64,000 nt of DNA from the NCBI GenBank assembly GCA_958009085.1, contig OY253671.1:558001-622000 (forward strand), written 5' to 3'. Positions 1-12,391 of the stretch are shown here, one piece after another. The number at the start of each line of letters is the position of its first letter. Position 1 is the stretch's first letter. This stretch comes from Protoeuglena noctilucae. Taxonomy: Eukaryota. A model generated the notes under the pieces. The model had not been told where the DNA came from. It worked only from the letters and a program-made list of their open reading frames with translations, and made no database searches. The position numbers and the translations under genes were made by a program.

Positions 1-2077
1 ATCGCCTCCTCCGCGGGCGAGCCGGTCTGGACCAGGAGCTCGGCGACGCGGTCCAGGTTGGCCGAGTCGGAGGCCCGGGGGTCGCAGAGGGGCATGAGGA
101 TGCCCTCCTTGCCCGCCCAGTGCGGGTGCTTGAGGTCGTACTGCCGCGACGACACCCAGTTGAGGTTGCCCATGAGCGTGTTGATCTCGCCGTTGTGGCC
201 CAGGAAACGCATGGGCTGCGCGGACGGAGCGGGAGGGGGCGGTGAGCGCGGGCACGGGGCCGGCAGGCGGGCGCGGGCGCACGGCCAGCTGCATGCGCAT
301 GGGCACGGGCGGCGGTGAGCGCTGCGCCTCTCGCCTGCGCCAGCGGCCACCGGGGGTTGGTGTTGGTGGAGAAGCGCGTGTGGTAGATGGCGAAGTTGCT
401 GACGTACGCCTCGTTCTGGAGGTCCTTGTAGAATTTGCCCAGCGCCTCGGTGCGCAGCATGCCCTTGTACACCATCGTGCGGCCCGACAGGGAGCAGAAG
501 TAGCAGTCGTCCGCCGCGGCACCGACCTTGTCGCGAGTGGCGCGCTCGATGCCCTTGCGGAGGAGGTAGAGCGCCCGCTCCAGCTCCTGCCCCTCCAGCT
601 TCTTGTCCGACTCGAAGACGACCTGCTTGATCACGGGCATGGTGGCCTTGGCCATGCGGCCCACCACGCTCACGTCCACGGGGACGTCGCGGACGCCCAC
701 CACCTTGAACCCGTCCGCCGCCGCGACTTCGTTGACGATGGCCATGCACTGCGGGCGCGGGGGCGGGTGGCGAGGGGCGTCGCGCGTGCACGTGCCAAGA
801 TGGCGCAGACTTCCTGCGTCGCCTGGGCGCGCCCGGCACCTTCTCGGCGACGGCCTTGTCTTGGGGAAGGAACAGCTGCCCCGCGCCCGCGTGGGGCCGC
901 GAGAAGGCCGGCACGTCCTTGGCAATGATGTCCCAGGGGACCTGCGTCATGATGCCCACGCCATCACCCGAGAAGCCGTCCGCCGGGCACGCGCCTCGGT
1001 GGTCCATGCACCCCACGGCGTGGAGCGCCTGGGACACGACCTTGTGGCTCTTCTCCCCCTTCAGGTTGCTGATGAAGCCCACCTGCGCGGAGGCGCGACA
1101 GCCAGGCACCTCTTGCAGGGCCACGTACGGGCCGCGCAGCCGAGAAAACGCGCGCGACACCTGCGCATCCATGCATGAAAACACGGGAGCGACTCGGCGG
1201 GGCTCCTCACCCCGCACGCGTCAAGCTCCTTAAGGATCTCCTCCTGGCTTGCCGCGCTGGGGGCAGGGACCCCCTCCGGCTTCACCCGGGCGGCCGCGAC
1301 CACCGACCGGGCACCGGACTTGACTCCTGGAGCGGAGGGACGCGACGACAGGGCGCCGGCCCGGGCGCCCCGCGACGCTTCCTGCGAGCCAACGAGTTGG
1401 GAGGGGTGGAACGCGGCAGGGGAGGGGCCGGGCGGTCCAGATGCAGGGCCTGCATCGAGATAAGAACGCGAAGAACGGATCGGCGACCGGCAAGCCGAGC
1501 CAGCGCCCTCCCCGGCGACGGGAGACGGCGCCCCGACGCCACCCCCTTTGGCTGCCTGGCCCAGGCGAGACGGGAGGGCGCCGGCCGACCGCCCGAGCCG
1601 GAGCGGAGCGTCGAAACTGGCCCGTATCGGGATCGCCGGGGGCAGGCCCAGGGGTGGCCAGGAACCTACGCCCCGTTGGAGGGCGCTGCGGGCGCGATTG
1701 CCGCGCGCACCGGCGCGGGCCGGCGAAGAAAGGGATCGGGTGGGAACGCCGACCGCACGGGTGCGATATATGGCGCGGCGGCTGCTCGCGGCGGCCCCAA
1801 TCCTGCTGGGGGCGGCAGCACGCTCGGCCGGAACCGCGCGGGGCCCGCCAGCCCCCTCGCAAGGCGCGCCATCGGGAGATAGGAGGGTCGGAGATCCCTT
1901 CGGCCCCCGCCAAATGCGACGCGCCGCCTGACCGGGCCCCACCCGCCCCACCTGCTCGATCCTCCCATCTCCCAGCGGCCTCTTGTCGTGCGCGCGCACC
2001 GGCGCATTTAGGCTGGCCGTCCGCTGCGAGAGCCCGCTGGCGGAAGCCACGGGGGTCGTCGCAGCTACGGCCTGCAT
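1..2077 (-). CDS. GLU1: Ferredoxin-dependent glutamate synthase (Fd-GOGAT), 5' part; runs off the window start
   Basis: Exons 2077-2000, 1381-1211, 1082-840, 748-335, 215-<1. Transit-like N-terminus, then the mature start CGVGFISNL, GCMDHRGAC..SGDG, HTRFSTNT and PRWPLAQ|PMRFLGHNGEINT (Fd-type). Intron 334-216 is GC-AG. Confidence 0.95.
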
Positions 2078-2386
2078 CGCCCTTTCTTCCCTCCCCGACC
2101 AATCTCCACTTTTCGTCCGGCTAGTGGTGAAAGGAGGTTCGACGCGGCAGAGAAAGGAACTGACGCGCGGCGGGGAGCGGGCCTCGTCGACCTGACTCCC
2201 CCAGTTCTGACAGCCCGCCTGGGTCGGACGCGCGTCCCCGCCCCATCTCGCCTCGCTGACGGCCTGCAGCCGCGATCAGCGACTTCAGGTGCAGCCGCAG
2301 CGAGCGACGTAGGGACGGGGGATCGTCGCCACGCTTGGTGGGGTTGCGCGAGGAGCGAACGACTGGCGGGGAGGGCCGGTAAGGAG
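2078..2386. promoter_or_regulatory. Probable bidirectional promoter, GOGAT / SPO11-3
   Basis: Divergent start codons about 310 bp apart. Similar head-to-head gaps occur at 17420-17707, 19985-20340, 33892-34202 and 39370-39748. Inferred from arrangement only. Confidence 0.5.
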
Positions 2387-4506
2387 ATGGCGGAGCCCCC
2401 CGCCAAGAAGAAGAGGGGCGCGAAGGGGGACGATGTGTCACAGCAACTCAAGAAGCGGATCGCGAAGGTGGGAAGCGCCAAAGACGTGCTGTGCGGCCCA
2501 GCGGACCTGCCCGCTGAGAAACTCCGTCTCCGGCGTCGCAGAGCGCGGACCAGGTGCTTCAGAAGGTCGCGGAGCTGGTGGATCAGCTGAAGGAGGCGGA
2601 CGGCGCGCCCAGGTGCGACGGGCGCTGGAGACCCCGGGCGCTGTCTTGGCGCAGCTGGTGCAGTTCGAGCGAGCCCCGGCGCCGCGTCCTTTGTCCCCAG
2701 GACAGTACTGGACGTCGCGCTTCCCCATGCTGTGCGGGAGGTGGTCGACAAGGGATCGCAGGTGAGAGCGCAGGCCAGGTGCCACCGCGGCGTGGACCAC
2801 GTGCCCACACTTACGCAGGGATTGGCGCCGCTAGCAGGACGTGAGCGAGGCCATCGAGTCTGCCATCCTAGAGGTCGCGCTCGGCATCTTGAGAGGGGAT
2901 GGCTTCGGCTACGACGTGCCCAGCCGCGCCAAGGGCAACCAGGTCTACGTGCCAGAGCTGGATCGGATTGTGCTGAAGGACGCCTCGTCGTTCCGGGCCT
3001 TCGCGAGCATGCAGACGTGCCGCAAGACGACCATCATGACGCGCATCATGCAGCTCGTGCATGAGCTGTGCCAGAAGGGCATCCACGTCACCAAGCGAGA
3101 CCTCTTCTACACAGACGTGAAGCTTTTCGAAGACCAGGGGCAGGTGAGATGGGAGCACGGTGTGCAACGCCCGCGCAGGGGGGGTCAATTGGCCGGAGGC
3201 CCTGCAACGTCGATGGGGACATTGTGCGCACGCAGTCGGACGTTGTGCTGGACGACCTCGCCTGCATGCTGGGGTGCACGCGGACATCTCTGCACGTCGT
3301 GGCGTCGGAGAAGGGGATCGTCGTTGGGCGCTTGAGGTTCAGGCGAGGGCAGGCCAGGGGGCGCTGTGCATGTTGAAATGTGCGGCGGGGGTGCAGTCTT
3401 AGATGGAGCCGGCGTCGAGGGGCCGGCGAGGGCTGCACGAGTATGCTGGCGCTGCATGGAAGAGCCGATTGCGCTGTGCACACGTCTGTACCCACGCAAA
3501 GCATGTTGCCTCGAGCGCAGGGAGGACGGCGACTTGATTGACTGCTCCCGGATGGGTGTCGGGGGCAAGGCCATCCCCCCACATATCCAGAAGGTGTCGG
3601 AGATCGAATCAGATGCCAAGTTCATCCTGTTGGTGGAGAAGGACGCAGCCTTCATGCGTCTGGCCGAGGACCGTTTTTACAACCAGGTGGGTGGGTGGGC
3701 GGCGCTCAATTGGGCGCAATCATGCTCTTGCGCGTTCAGATACATGGGTGCAAAGGCAGTCGCACACCCAACCTGCTTTTGCATGGCGAGAAGGCGAGAG
3801 GCGGAGAGCGTGCGCCCCACCTTCCATTGTGCGCAGTACCCCTGCATCATTCTGACCGCCAAGGGGCAGCCGGACGTGGCCACGCGCCTCTTCCTCAAGA
3901 GCCTGAAGCAGACGCTCAAGATACCCGTGCTGGCGCTGGTCGACTCGGACCCCTACGGTCTCAAGATCCTGTCCGTGTACATGAAGGGGTCCATGAACAT
4001 GTCCTACGACAGCAGCAACCTGACGACGCCCGACATCAAGTGGCTCGGGGTTCGACCCAGGTACGTCCCGCCCCAATGCGGCGCAGACGCATCCTGGAGC
4101 GTGCCGCCGGTCAGGGCCACGGCGCGAGCGAAGCTCGCCTGCTCGGCGCTGCCGCAGTGACTTGGACCGCTTCAACATCCCGCGCCAGTGCCGGCTGCCC
4201 ATGACGGAGGAGGACATCAAGACTGGCAAGAAGCTGCTTGAGGAGGATTTCGTCAAGGCGAACCCGCAGTGGGTGGCGGAGCTCGAGACCATGGTCAAAT
4301 CCAAGGCACGGGACGTCGCTCAGGGTCTCGAGGCGATGCTTCAGGATGCCCGGGCGTGGCATGTCCGGGTGCAGCAACGTTGCATTGTCGCTGCGCCTTC
4401 GTCCCCGCAGGAGAAGGCTGAGATCCAGGCGCTCAGCTCCTTTGGCTTCCAGTACCTCACGCAGGCGTATCTGCCGCTGAAGCTCCAGGAGGGCGACTGG
4501 ATATAG
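2387..4506 (+). CDS. SPO11-3: DNA topoisomerase VI subunit A (SPO11-3/TOP6A)
   Basis: 9 exons: 2387-2467, 2542-2612, 2701-2761, 2838-3143, 3236-3342, 3521-3686, 3837-4060, 4158-4305, 4411-4506. Motifs KRDLFYTD (catalytic Tyr), [35 protein letters not shown] donors at 3343 and 4306. Confidence 0.95.
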
Positions 4507-4729
4507 TATTCTGTCTTCTAGGTCCTCTGGCCGAGCTCTGGCGTTGCCTGCCGCTCTTGTCTGGCGTCGCGCTCGCGCGAGTGAAAAGACGGGGCGGGCC
4601 ATCGACGGGCTAGAGCAGAGAGGCACACGAGGCAACTGCGCAAGTGGGGCCCGCGCCACTGTCATCGGCCAGGAGTACCCTGTGGCCGGGAGGGGTCCCA
4701 GCTGCAGGGGCGCACGAGGCCGAGGCACG

Positions 4730-6300
4730 ATGCGGAACGGGGGCGTCAATGGCTCAGACGTTGAGAAAGGCCCCCTAATTGCGGGGGACGCCAAATCCGA
4801 TCCGAAGAAAGGTCCGCGCGCCGGCTCGGCCGCCGAGGGCCCCGCGCATGCTGGGTCGGGGCGCGGGGATTGAATCGCCAAGGTTTCCGCAGTGCGTGGA
4901 GCTATTCTCGCGCTCATGGTCCATTCGTACGCGCCGCAGCCGCAGGACAGGCTCAAGGATCGGCGATGGTCTCGGGGGCCTGCTATGTCGCCGCGTCGAT
5001 GTCCATGGTGCTCATGAACAAGGCCGTGCTCTCCTCCTTCCACTTCAAGTGCGAGAACTTTGTCGTTTTTATGCAATGCCTGACGGCCGTGGTCCTCGTG
5101 AAGGTCCTGGAGGGCATGGGCTACGTCAAGGTGGAGCCGTTCAATTGGGAGGTGACCCGCGCGGCGTCCCGGAGGCCGGGAGCGCGTGCGCGCCACGTAG
5201 GCGTGCGTCGTCACCCTGACGCACCTCCGCGCCCTCCACGCCGCCGCAGATCGTGAAGGTGTGGATGCCCGTCAACCTGCTCTTCGTGGGCATGCTGTCG
5301 TCCTCCTTCCTCGCCTTGGGCAGGATCGGGGTGGCCATGGTCACCATCCTGAAGAACTGCACCAATCTCATCACGATCGTAGGTGACCCGGGGGCCGCAG
5401 AGGCGACCATTTTCGTGCAGCATGGCCCGTCGTGCCACCGACCAGCACCGACCCAGTCCCGCAGGGGATTACTACCTGTACGGGAGGACGTACGGCTTGA
5501 ACATCTGGCTGTCCCTGGGGCTCATCATCATCGCGGCCATCATCGGGTCGCTGACGGACCCCGCCGCGAAGGCCGGGGACAGCCGAGGGTCCGCGCAGGG
5601 CTTCGTCGCCAGCGCCGTCCTCATGGGGTACTTCTGGCAGATCCTCAACTGCTTCTTCACGGCGGGGTACTCGCTCTACATGCGGGGCGCCATGGATAAG
5701 GTCAAGAACTACACGTCCGACCGGCAGAAGGCGACCCTGGCAGCGACGCGTTGATGACACGTGTTGGGTCACGCACGTTGCCAACATCTGACCTCGCTGC
5801 TCTCCCGCGCGCCGCAGCTGGGGGAGTTCTCTATGGTTTTCTACAACAACCTCCTCACGCTTGGGCCCGTCCTGGCGCTCATGTTCTTCTTTGGGGAGTT
5901 TTCGATCCTGCCGGAGCAAGAGGCCTGGGCCAATCCGTGGTTCCCCGTGGCCATGGTGAGGCCCGCCTTGCGCGCGGCTGCCGGCGCGGTCGCCCACGCG
6001 GACGGCGTGGTGCTGGTGCGTCCTACGCACGATGCGGCCCCATCGCCCCATCGCCCCGCGTGCGCCCCACAGTCCTTCTCGTGCCTCCTCGGGTTCCTCA
6101 TCTCCTTCGCATCTCTCTGGTTCCTCTCCAACACCACCCCCACCATCTTCTCCCTGGTGGGCTCCCTCAACAAGGTCCCCCTGGCGTTCGTGGGCATGGT
6201 CGTCTTCCGAGACCCCACGACCCCGGCCAACATCGCGTCCATCTGCGTCGGCCTGCTGGCGGGCGTCTTCTTCGCCCAGGCCAAGAGCAGCAGCCGCTGA
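4730..6300 (+). CDS. Golgi nucleotide-sugar (GDP-mannose, GONST/Vrg4-like) transporter
   Basis: Exons 4730-4811, 4946-5151, 5250-5382, 5465-5730, 5818-5955, 6073-6300. Motifs SMVLMNKAVLS, ILKNCTN, MVFYNNLL, TIFSLVGSLNKVP, with multiple TM helices. GC donor at 5731. Confidence 0.9.
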
Positions 6301-6401
6301 GTGCGGGGCCGCCCGTGCCGCTCATGTCGGAAACGATGTATTGCTCAGTTGAAATAGTTGCGCGCGGACAGAGCACCTGAAATGTGGAGCCATGTTGAAC
6401 G

Positions 6402-8377
6402 ATGAGCGTCGGCGTGCTGCCTCCGCGCCTGCGAACTCGAATCCATCGCATCAGCCGCTTCGGGCCCAGCCATGCAGTCCCGAGCTGTGAGAGCAGACTG
6501 CTCGATTGGCTCCAGCAGCGCGGCTGGAGCGATCATGCGCAGAGAGTGATCTTGTCTACCAGCGAGGATGGCGGCAGGGGGGTGAGGGCGCATGCAGGCG
6601 CAGGTCCATTTTTCTTTGACGATGTTCGTCCCATCCTCGTCATCATGGCCCCGTTCGCCGCAGCTGTTTGCACTGCAACAGCTGCGTGAAGGGAATGTCG
6701 CAGCTCGGGTGCCAATATCTCTCGCCATCACGCCGCGTGTGGCGCTGGACACGCCACTGGGGGTTGCGATGAGCGAAAATCTCCCAGCATGGTCGCTTAT
6801 CGCGGCCTTTCTGATGGCCACATCAAAGCTTCTATCCGATGACGACGAGTCCTCGCGATGGGACGGCAGCCTTGCGGCGTGGGGCCCATACGTCGAGTCG
6901 CTGCCGAGCAGAATTGGTGAGGGTGTGAGGGAGGTTGCAGTCGGGTGCAGAGGACGACTGCCGTGTTGCTATGAGGCTGCATGTCAGCCGTGTCATGGCT
7001 GGCTACCAATCACCCGCAGATACGGTGCTGGAGCTGGCTGCGGACGGGAGCGAGGCCCTGGCATACCTGCGTGGCTCGCCAAGCACGCTGGCTGCGCTCC
7101 AGATTGTGCGGGCCTTCCGAGCGTCGTGGGACGAGCTGCGCCCGGGTCTGCAGGACGCGGAGGAGCGGGGCATCGTGCCACGAGGCACCGCCGATGCACG
7201 GCTGGCGGTGTGGGCGTTCGCGGTGGCCCTGTCCCGCATCGCGAGGTTCGCGAGTCGGCCAGACATCGAGGCGCTTGTGCCCTGGATCGACATGTTTAAC
7301 CACAGCCCCAACGCCAGGAGCTTCATCGACCTGGCAGGGACCCAAGAGGTCGTGGTGCAGGCGGACCGTGCGTACCGGCCAGGCGACGAGGTCTTCATAT
7401 CCTACGGCCAGAAGTCGTCATCAGAGCTCCTTCTCTCCTACGGCTTTGCTCCAGTTCACCACGAGTGCGACTCCGCCTGGGTGCCTCTCGGCCTGCCACC
7501 CTCCCCGTCCCGATCTGGGGGTGACGAACACCGCCAGCGCGTTGTCAGGGCGCTGGCTGCGAGGGGCGACTTCTTGACGGCGACTCGCAGCGACGTCGTC
7601 GAGTTGTCCGAAGATTTTGCCGTGCTGTTGGTGCGTGTCGGGGCTGCGGGGCAGGTCCCCGAGGGCGTGATGCAGGCCGCGCTGTGCGTGGCGGCATGCG
7701 AGGGTGTACCCGGTGCTGACGTCAAGGCGTGGGTCGACAGGACGATGAGTCTCCCTGAAGACCGCCTCACCAAGGAGCACACCGCGCTTGCGGCGGGGAC
7801 TTTGGCAGACGCTTGCTCTTTGGCGCTCAAGGTGAAGTGCCTGGGCAGACCAAGAGAGCCCTTGCAGTCGCTCGCCAGCCGTGCACGGTCGCTGTTCTAT
7901 GAGTCGGGCCCTGTTCCGCGAATGCAGGGTTTCGCGAGGAAAATGCAAGACAACGTCGACTTGCTGCGCTCGATGGAGACGGCAGGAGGGGCAGCAGCAG
8001 CGGCACCCCGGGAGGCACCCCACCAGCCAAGCCCCAGCCGTCCCATGTCAACAGGGCGACCGCAGGCGAAGTGCGCGCCGTCAGGCGCCGGGGACGACCG
8101 GGGGCGAAGCATGGAGGCCACCGTGACGGCGCTGCTCCCTTCGTGGGCCGCTGTGGGCAGTACGAACGCTGGCAAGGGCCGAGCGGCGTCGCCAGCACCG
8201 AGCGGGGCACGGAGGCGAGGCAAGCGGGCTGACCCCAGCCCGGCCGGGGCTGAGGCGCCAGACGAAAGGGACAGGCGGGTCGCGGTGCAGGTCCTGCGTG
8301 CCGTGGTGGCCGAGCAGCGGGTGATTGCCGGTGCGGAGTTTGCTCTGCGCCGCTTCGTGCGGTCGGCTTCGCGCTAA
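6402..8377 (+). CDS. SET-domain protein-lysine methyltransferase (Rubisco LSMT/SETD3/6-like)
   Basis: Exons about 6402-6581, 6664-6916, 7020-7831, 7928-8377. Motifs GRGLFA, WGPYVESLP, LVPWIDMFNHS, EVFISYG..ELLLSYGF. Confidence 0.85.
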
Positions 8378-8573
8378 CATGCTTGAAGCAGACGCTAGAT
8401 AGGCAAGGGAAGGGCAGCGAAACGAAAAAGGGGCTCCAGGTATGAGGAGCAGGCAGCACAGGGAGTGCGCTCAAAAACGGTTGGTGAAGCGCCATAAGAT
8501 GGACCATCTCGATTTGTGGTGAAAAAGACGTGTGCTACAACTTGCAAGTGCTCAAACAAAGCTCTCGACAAGA

Positions 8574-11085
8574 TCAGGGAACCTCAAGCATCCCCGGCGT
8601 ACCCTCCTCAGGCTCCCTGGGCGCTTCGTCATCAAGGATGGGCACCCTGGGGAACCGAGCACTGGCCACGACCTTCCCCGTCACGATCTCTACCGCAGAC
8701 GATTTCCTCAGCGCCCCAGACTGCAAAGCCGCACCCTTGGCTCCCATATCTGGATAGCCGCCCCCCGTCGTCCTGCACGCGCGCAGGGGCAATCAAGTCA
8801 GGCAGCAGAGGAGTCACCTCCGCGCGCCGGCGCTGCTGTCCGTTCGGCGGCGGGTGCTCCAACGCAGCCCCGCGCAGCGACGGAGGTCACCTGGACCCCA
8901 ACGACCCCACCGATCCTCCCGACCGCCCCGCCGCCTGCAGCGCCGCCATCTCCGCGCCCTCTGCGACTCTCTGAGCCTTCTCTTTCCGGTAATCCAAGGC
9001 TTTGCTCATCGCCGCCCGCACCCGCGCGTCCGCCTTCGTGTCCAGCGCCGCGTTGGCCCACCGGCCCTCCCGCTCGGGTCGTGAGCCAGGCCCCGGGCCA
9101 GCCCCGGCCCCGCCCCGCCCGCCATCCAGCGCCCCGTGCCCCGCGTCGCTCTCCTCGCCCGCTCCGCCGCGAGGCGACCCCGCGCCGCCGTCCCTCGCAC
9201 CCGCGGCACCCGCATCGTCACCTCCCTCGTCGTCGCTCGCGGGGCTTGGCGAGGGGCTCGGCGAGGGAGAAGGGGGCGCTCCCTGCCGCCGGCGGTAGCT
9301 CAAGGCCTTGGCGAGGCGGTCGGCGGCCAGCGACGGCACCGGCATGGGCAGGCGGTTGATGTTGGGCGTGGTGGGCCGCGCCCCGCGGCTGGCGTTGGCG
9401 CGCTCGTAGACTGCGTTGGGGTCCTGCTTGGCCATGTCGACGCGCCGGCGCAGCGAGGACGTCCCGCCCAATATGCGCTCCCGCAGGACGTTGTAGTGCT
9501 TGAACTTGCCGACCAGCCACTCGATCCCTGTCCTCTCCACGTCCGCCAGCCTGCGAAAACCGCGTCCGCTCGGCTCGCCCCTTGCGCCCTCCGCGCGGCC
9601 ATGCACGCTCCATGCCATCGAAACTCATCACATCTACTGCCAGTTTGGATGAATCGTCTCTATCCGGCCCTGCCCCCGGACCATGCACTCGCCTGGGCTT
9701 GCGGTTGTTCTGCTCCTGGAACGCAGCCGTCCACGGCCGCAGCTCCTCCTTGAGCGCCTTGTACTCGCGCAGCATGGCCATGTACTGGTCCACCACCTCG
9801 GCCTTGAACGTGTTTCGGACACGCTTGCCCGACGCCGCAAAGACGCGAGGCACGCCCCGGCCCCCCCCGGGGCCCATCGGCATCGCCGTGCGGCTCTGCG
9901 CAGAGAAGGGCCGGGACAGGGCCCTTGAGACGGCGCTGCCGATGCGAGGACGACACGGCACTCCTGCACGGTGCAGTGCGACGAGGCCAACCAGGCCCAT
10001 GAGGCACCTTTGCGGAGGCGCCGCTGGGCACCAGGGCGCGGTAGTATTCCTCGATGGCTCGGAGCATCCGCGACGCGGCGGACTTGCGCCGCTGCGACGC
10101 CGCGATCCGCATGCGGTGTTCGGGCGACTTGGGCACGCCCAGCATCCGCGCCGACACCTCCTCCCGCTGCTGCTCGCTGCGGTCGCGGAATGGCCGGGCA
10201 TGGGCTCGGGAACTCCGGTCAGCACAGAGCGCGCGCTGCACGGCCCTGGCACTGCGCTGCGACCTCACGTCATGCGGCGTCCCTGCGTGCCCAGGGCGAT
10301 CTTCCGCCGCGTGGCCTTCGTGTGCCTCTTGCCCGTGTGGGCCTCCGACATCCGCAGACGCGTCTCCGCGCTCAGCTTCTGCCCCTTGTTCCACGCATCC
10401 TGGCCCTTGGCGCCCTTGTTCCACGCCACGCGCCCTGTCGTCGCCCCCACCACCTTGGCGCGGAACGTCGGGTCCTCCCACTTGCTCCGCAGAGCCGCCG
10501 CAATCTTGGCCCGGTGCTCCGGCGACATCTGGCGCCTCCTCTGCGGCAGCGTGCGGCCGGCAACGTCGCGAGCGGTCCAGCGGCGCCAACGGCATGCCCC
10601 GGCGCGCCCGAGGAGCGCACCTTGGGGGAATCGGCGACCTCTTCGCTCGTCTTCAGGGGTCCAGGCTCGCTGCTAGCCAGGGAGGGGGCCGCCACGAGGC
10701 GCGGCCGCTGCGGGGCATGGCTCCCTGCGGGCACGACGCCGGGTCCAGGCTCGCGGCGACGGCGCGGCTTCCGGGGCGCGTGGCGAGCGCGCGTGACAGG
10801 CACAGGACGGAGAAGAAGGCCGGTGCAGCGCTGCTCCGCAAGGCCGCCGCGCGAGGCGGATTCCGCGGGGAGTCTGGCCGGCCCCAACTTTCGGGGAGCA
10901 TGAAATCCTCTCCGTGGCCCGCATCCCGGGGCGCCCCGGACCCCATTGGCACACTCGATACACCCGAGGAGGAAAAGCAGCCGAGGAGCGCGCGGTGTGC
11001 TCTGGGCTGGGCAGGCCGCAAGCCAGGATAGAGGGGGGTGTTCGGCACAAATTCGAGCGCGTCCCGAGGGGCCAGCCAAGCGCAT
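8574..11085 (-). CDS. Protein with tandem NUMOD3-like motifs and a C-terminal coiled-coil (LKEELRPW..F...NRKP) domain; possibly organelle-targeted
   Basis: Exons <=11085-10621, 10540-10269, 10176-10008, 9895-9693, 9550-8891, and a probable last exon 8772-8574 (alternatively stop at 8887). Repeats MSPEHRAKIA, WNKGQKLSAETRLRMSEAHTGKRHTKATRRKIA, KSPEHRMRIA. Start codon uncertain. GC donor at 9692. Confidence 0.7.
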
Positions 11086-12391
11086 CGCGGGATACTAGAA
11101 ACAGGACCTCAACATCTGGTGCTGTCGAAAGGGGTCCCGGGTCCCTCTCGACGAAAGTAAACCGGTCACAACAGTGCGCGCGCCTACCGAAGGGCGCATC
11201 CGTCCCGCAAAGCATGCCAGGCGATATACTCACTATGAAGATGGCACAGGCGTCCCGCGGGAGGCCCTAGAGGCGGGGGGCCTCCCCACGACACCAGTCC
11301 CATCGCGGCCGCCCGCCACCCGAGCTTCCCGACACAGCAGTACTTGCTCGCAAGAAAAGTTTGCGACGAGAGCGGCGAATCAACGCGAGACGAAGAGAAA
11401 AAGGATTCGGGCACGAGGGCATCCCCGGTCTCAGGCCGCGCGTGGACGAGCGCGCCACACTTGAGCGAATACTCTCACAAATCGACGTTCGCTGCTCTGC
11501 AGAGGGCGAGGCGGGGCATCTGGGGGTTGGTGCTGGCGCGGTCGGTGAAATTTCCGCGGCAAGCTCTCTGCGCCAAGTAGGGCTCCCACGCGTCATGGGG
11601 GATCAAGACGATGTCGGAGGAGCAGCTAGGTGGGCTTTGCGATTGCCACCGAGGATTCCGGGTGGCGAACGAGCGTGGGGACGCGCGACGACGGCGTTTT
11701 CTTAGCCATTGCCACCGCACGCGGGGTGCTTGACATGACGTACGTGTCCAGGTGCGTTCGTATTCCGCGCGGGAGCTGCGTCTCGGCGGCAAGGCCCCGG
11801 TTTGTCCCCTCCAATGGTGAGCCGGTTTCTCGCCGCGAGGGAGCTTGCGGCATCCGGGTTCTGTCCTCTAGGCATGACACGCGTCCTCAGCTGTCACATG
11901 CGTGGGGACGGGCTTACGTCGACCCTCGCGCGGGCCGGGGACGCCAACGGGCACCCTGCGGGCCCTGCCGCCGCTTTCCCCGCCGCTGGCTCATCCGATG
12001 ACACTCCAGTCAATCGCGATCTTTTGCAGGTCCCCGTTGGAAGCGTTTAGGGGAGAACCTCCGGCGGGAAGCGACTGGGGGGCGTGGCCTGCCGCCGCAA
12101 GCACGGGGCGGGGCATGGAGGTGTGTGAGCCGTTCGGGGGATCCTGCGCCGTGGCTGACGAACGAGCACGTTCGGTGTCGCTGGCATCGCTGAGATCATG
12201 GTCCGGGCCGCGTCAAGATCAAGGGCCGTCTCGTGCTTTCAGGGGGGACGGCACGAGGGGAGCATCGCTTTGAGTTCGCGTCCTCCCGAGCAAGCGACGC
12301 AGCCCGGTGCGGCGCAGGCGCCTCTTGCCATCGCGTGTGGCGTTGCTGCGACCGAGAAATCAGCGAAGCGTTTCGGCACGCAGGCGCGGGA

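Noticed and set aside
2387..4506. SPO11 as evidence for meiosis
   Set aside because: The sequence fits SPO11-3/TOP6A, the non-meiotic topoisomerase VI subunit.
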